From IMG/VR virus record IMGVR_UViG_3300025103_000139, positions 1 through 25,891 of that record: a stretch of 25,891 nucleotides of DNA; one strand, written 5' to 3'. Source of the DNA: a virus (lineage: Duplodnaviria; Caudoviricetes). The notes beneath the pieces were generated by a model. That model had not been told where the DNA came from. It was given only the letters and a program-made list of their open reading frames with translations, and made no database searches. Shown here piece after piece: positions 25,437-25,891 of this stretch; within the stretch, counting starts at the first letter, position 1, and each line of letters opens with the position of its first letter. Position numbers and translations under genes: made by a program.

Positions 25437-25604
25437 ATGCTTACTAGAAAATATTATAGATTAATAGCGAAAGCAATTAAGAGTAACACATTTAACAACA
25501 ATAGGAAGTTAAATAAAGATACATTAATAACTGATTTATGTGCAGAGTTCAAAGCGGATAACGGGTTATTTAATCGTGATAGGTTTGTTGATGCTTGTGA
25601 GTAG
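25437..25604 (+). CDS. Small phage protein (55 aa, MLTRKYYRLIA...FKADNGLFNRDRFVDACE)
   Basis: Hand-translated. Matches a common phage early-protein pattern, TRK.Y..IA...F..DN..F...RF..AC. Confidence 0.65.
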   Translation: MLTRKYYRLIAKAIKSNTFNNNRKLNKDTLITDLCAEFKADNGLFNRDRFVDACE

Positions 25605-25631
25605 ATAAAAGCGGGGATTGTGTAGCAATAG

Positions 25632-25663
25632 ACGCCTCGATTTATTCGGGGCGTTTTTGTTTG
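25632..25663 (+). terminator. Rho-independent terminator
   Basis: ACGCCTCGA-TTTAT-TCGGGGCGT stem followed by TTTTGTTT, directly after the last + ORF. Confidence 0.8.
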
Positions 25664-25891
25664 TGTTCCTTCTCTATGTAATCAACAATTTTACAATCTT
25701 AATTATAATAATGATTGGTAATCCAAATTTCAACCTAATTACGACCCCCTAACCCCATTTTGACGGGGGGGCAAACATAAAATAATACCCACACACATTC
25801 TAACGCTATTTTTTAAACTTTGTAACAAATCACTGAAATTTCGATTTAGTTTTCCCTAAAATATTTTGGGATAAAAATTTACCTTTTTCTT

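Noticed and set aside
1-25891. Alternative genetic code, tRNAs, DGR or retron elements
   Set aside because: Genes tile fully under the standard code with TAA, TAG and TGA stops. I saw no cloverleaf, no reverse transcriptase motif and no TR/VR pair.

Overview
This AT-rich window comes from a tailed dsDNA bacteriophage genome. It is probably podovirus-like and from an uncultured lineage, uses the standard genetic code, and has strong AAGGAG ribosome-binding sites. Bases 1-12617 (+) are the end of the virion operon: a partial tail nozzle-like gene, a fibre-like gene, then a putative ejection-protein block of four genes with its own promoter. That block ends in a 2344-aa polyvalent protein which, by motif reading, carries a tyrosine-recombinase/topoIB-like module with a displaced Box I, plus an HExxH metallopeptidase. 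Bases 12614-24135 (-) are a long early/middle operon: many tiny ORFs, a clear T7 Ocr (gp0.3)-like DNA mimic, an RHH protein, a Cas4-like exonuclease containing an iteron-like repeat array, a Sak/DUF1071 annealing protein, an SSB-like protein, DnaB helicase, a RuvC-like resolvase and a PD-(D/E)XK-like protein. Bases 24136-24310 are a divergent AT-rich control region, and 24307-25604 (+) is a short operon ending in a terminator and a G/C-run non-coding segment. I found no GATC by eye. No tRNA, rRNA, CRISPR array or IS element was seen. All protein calls come from manual motif recognition, not database searches.
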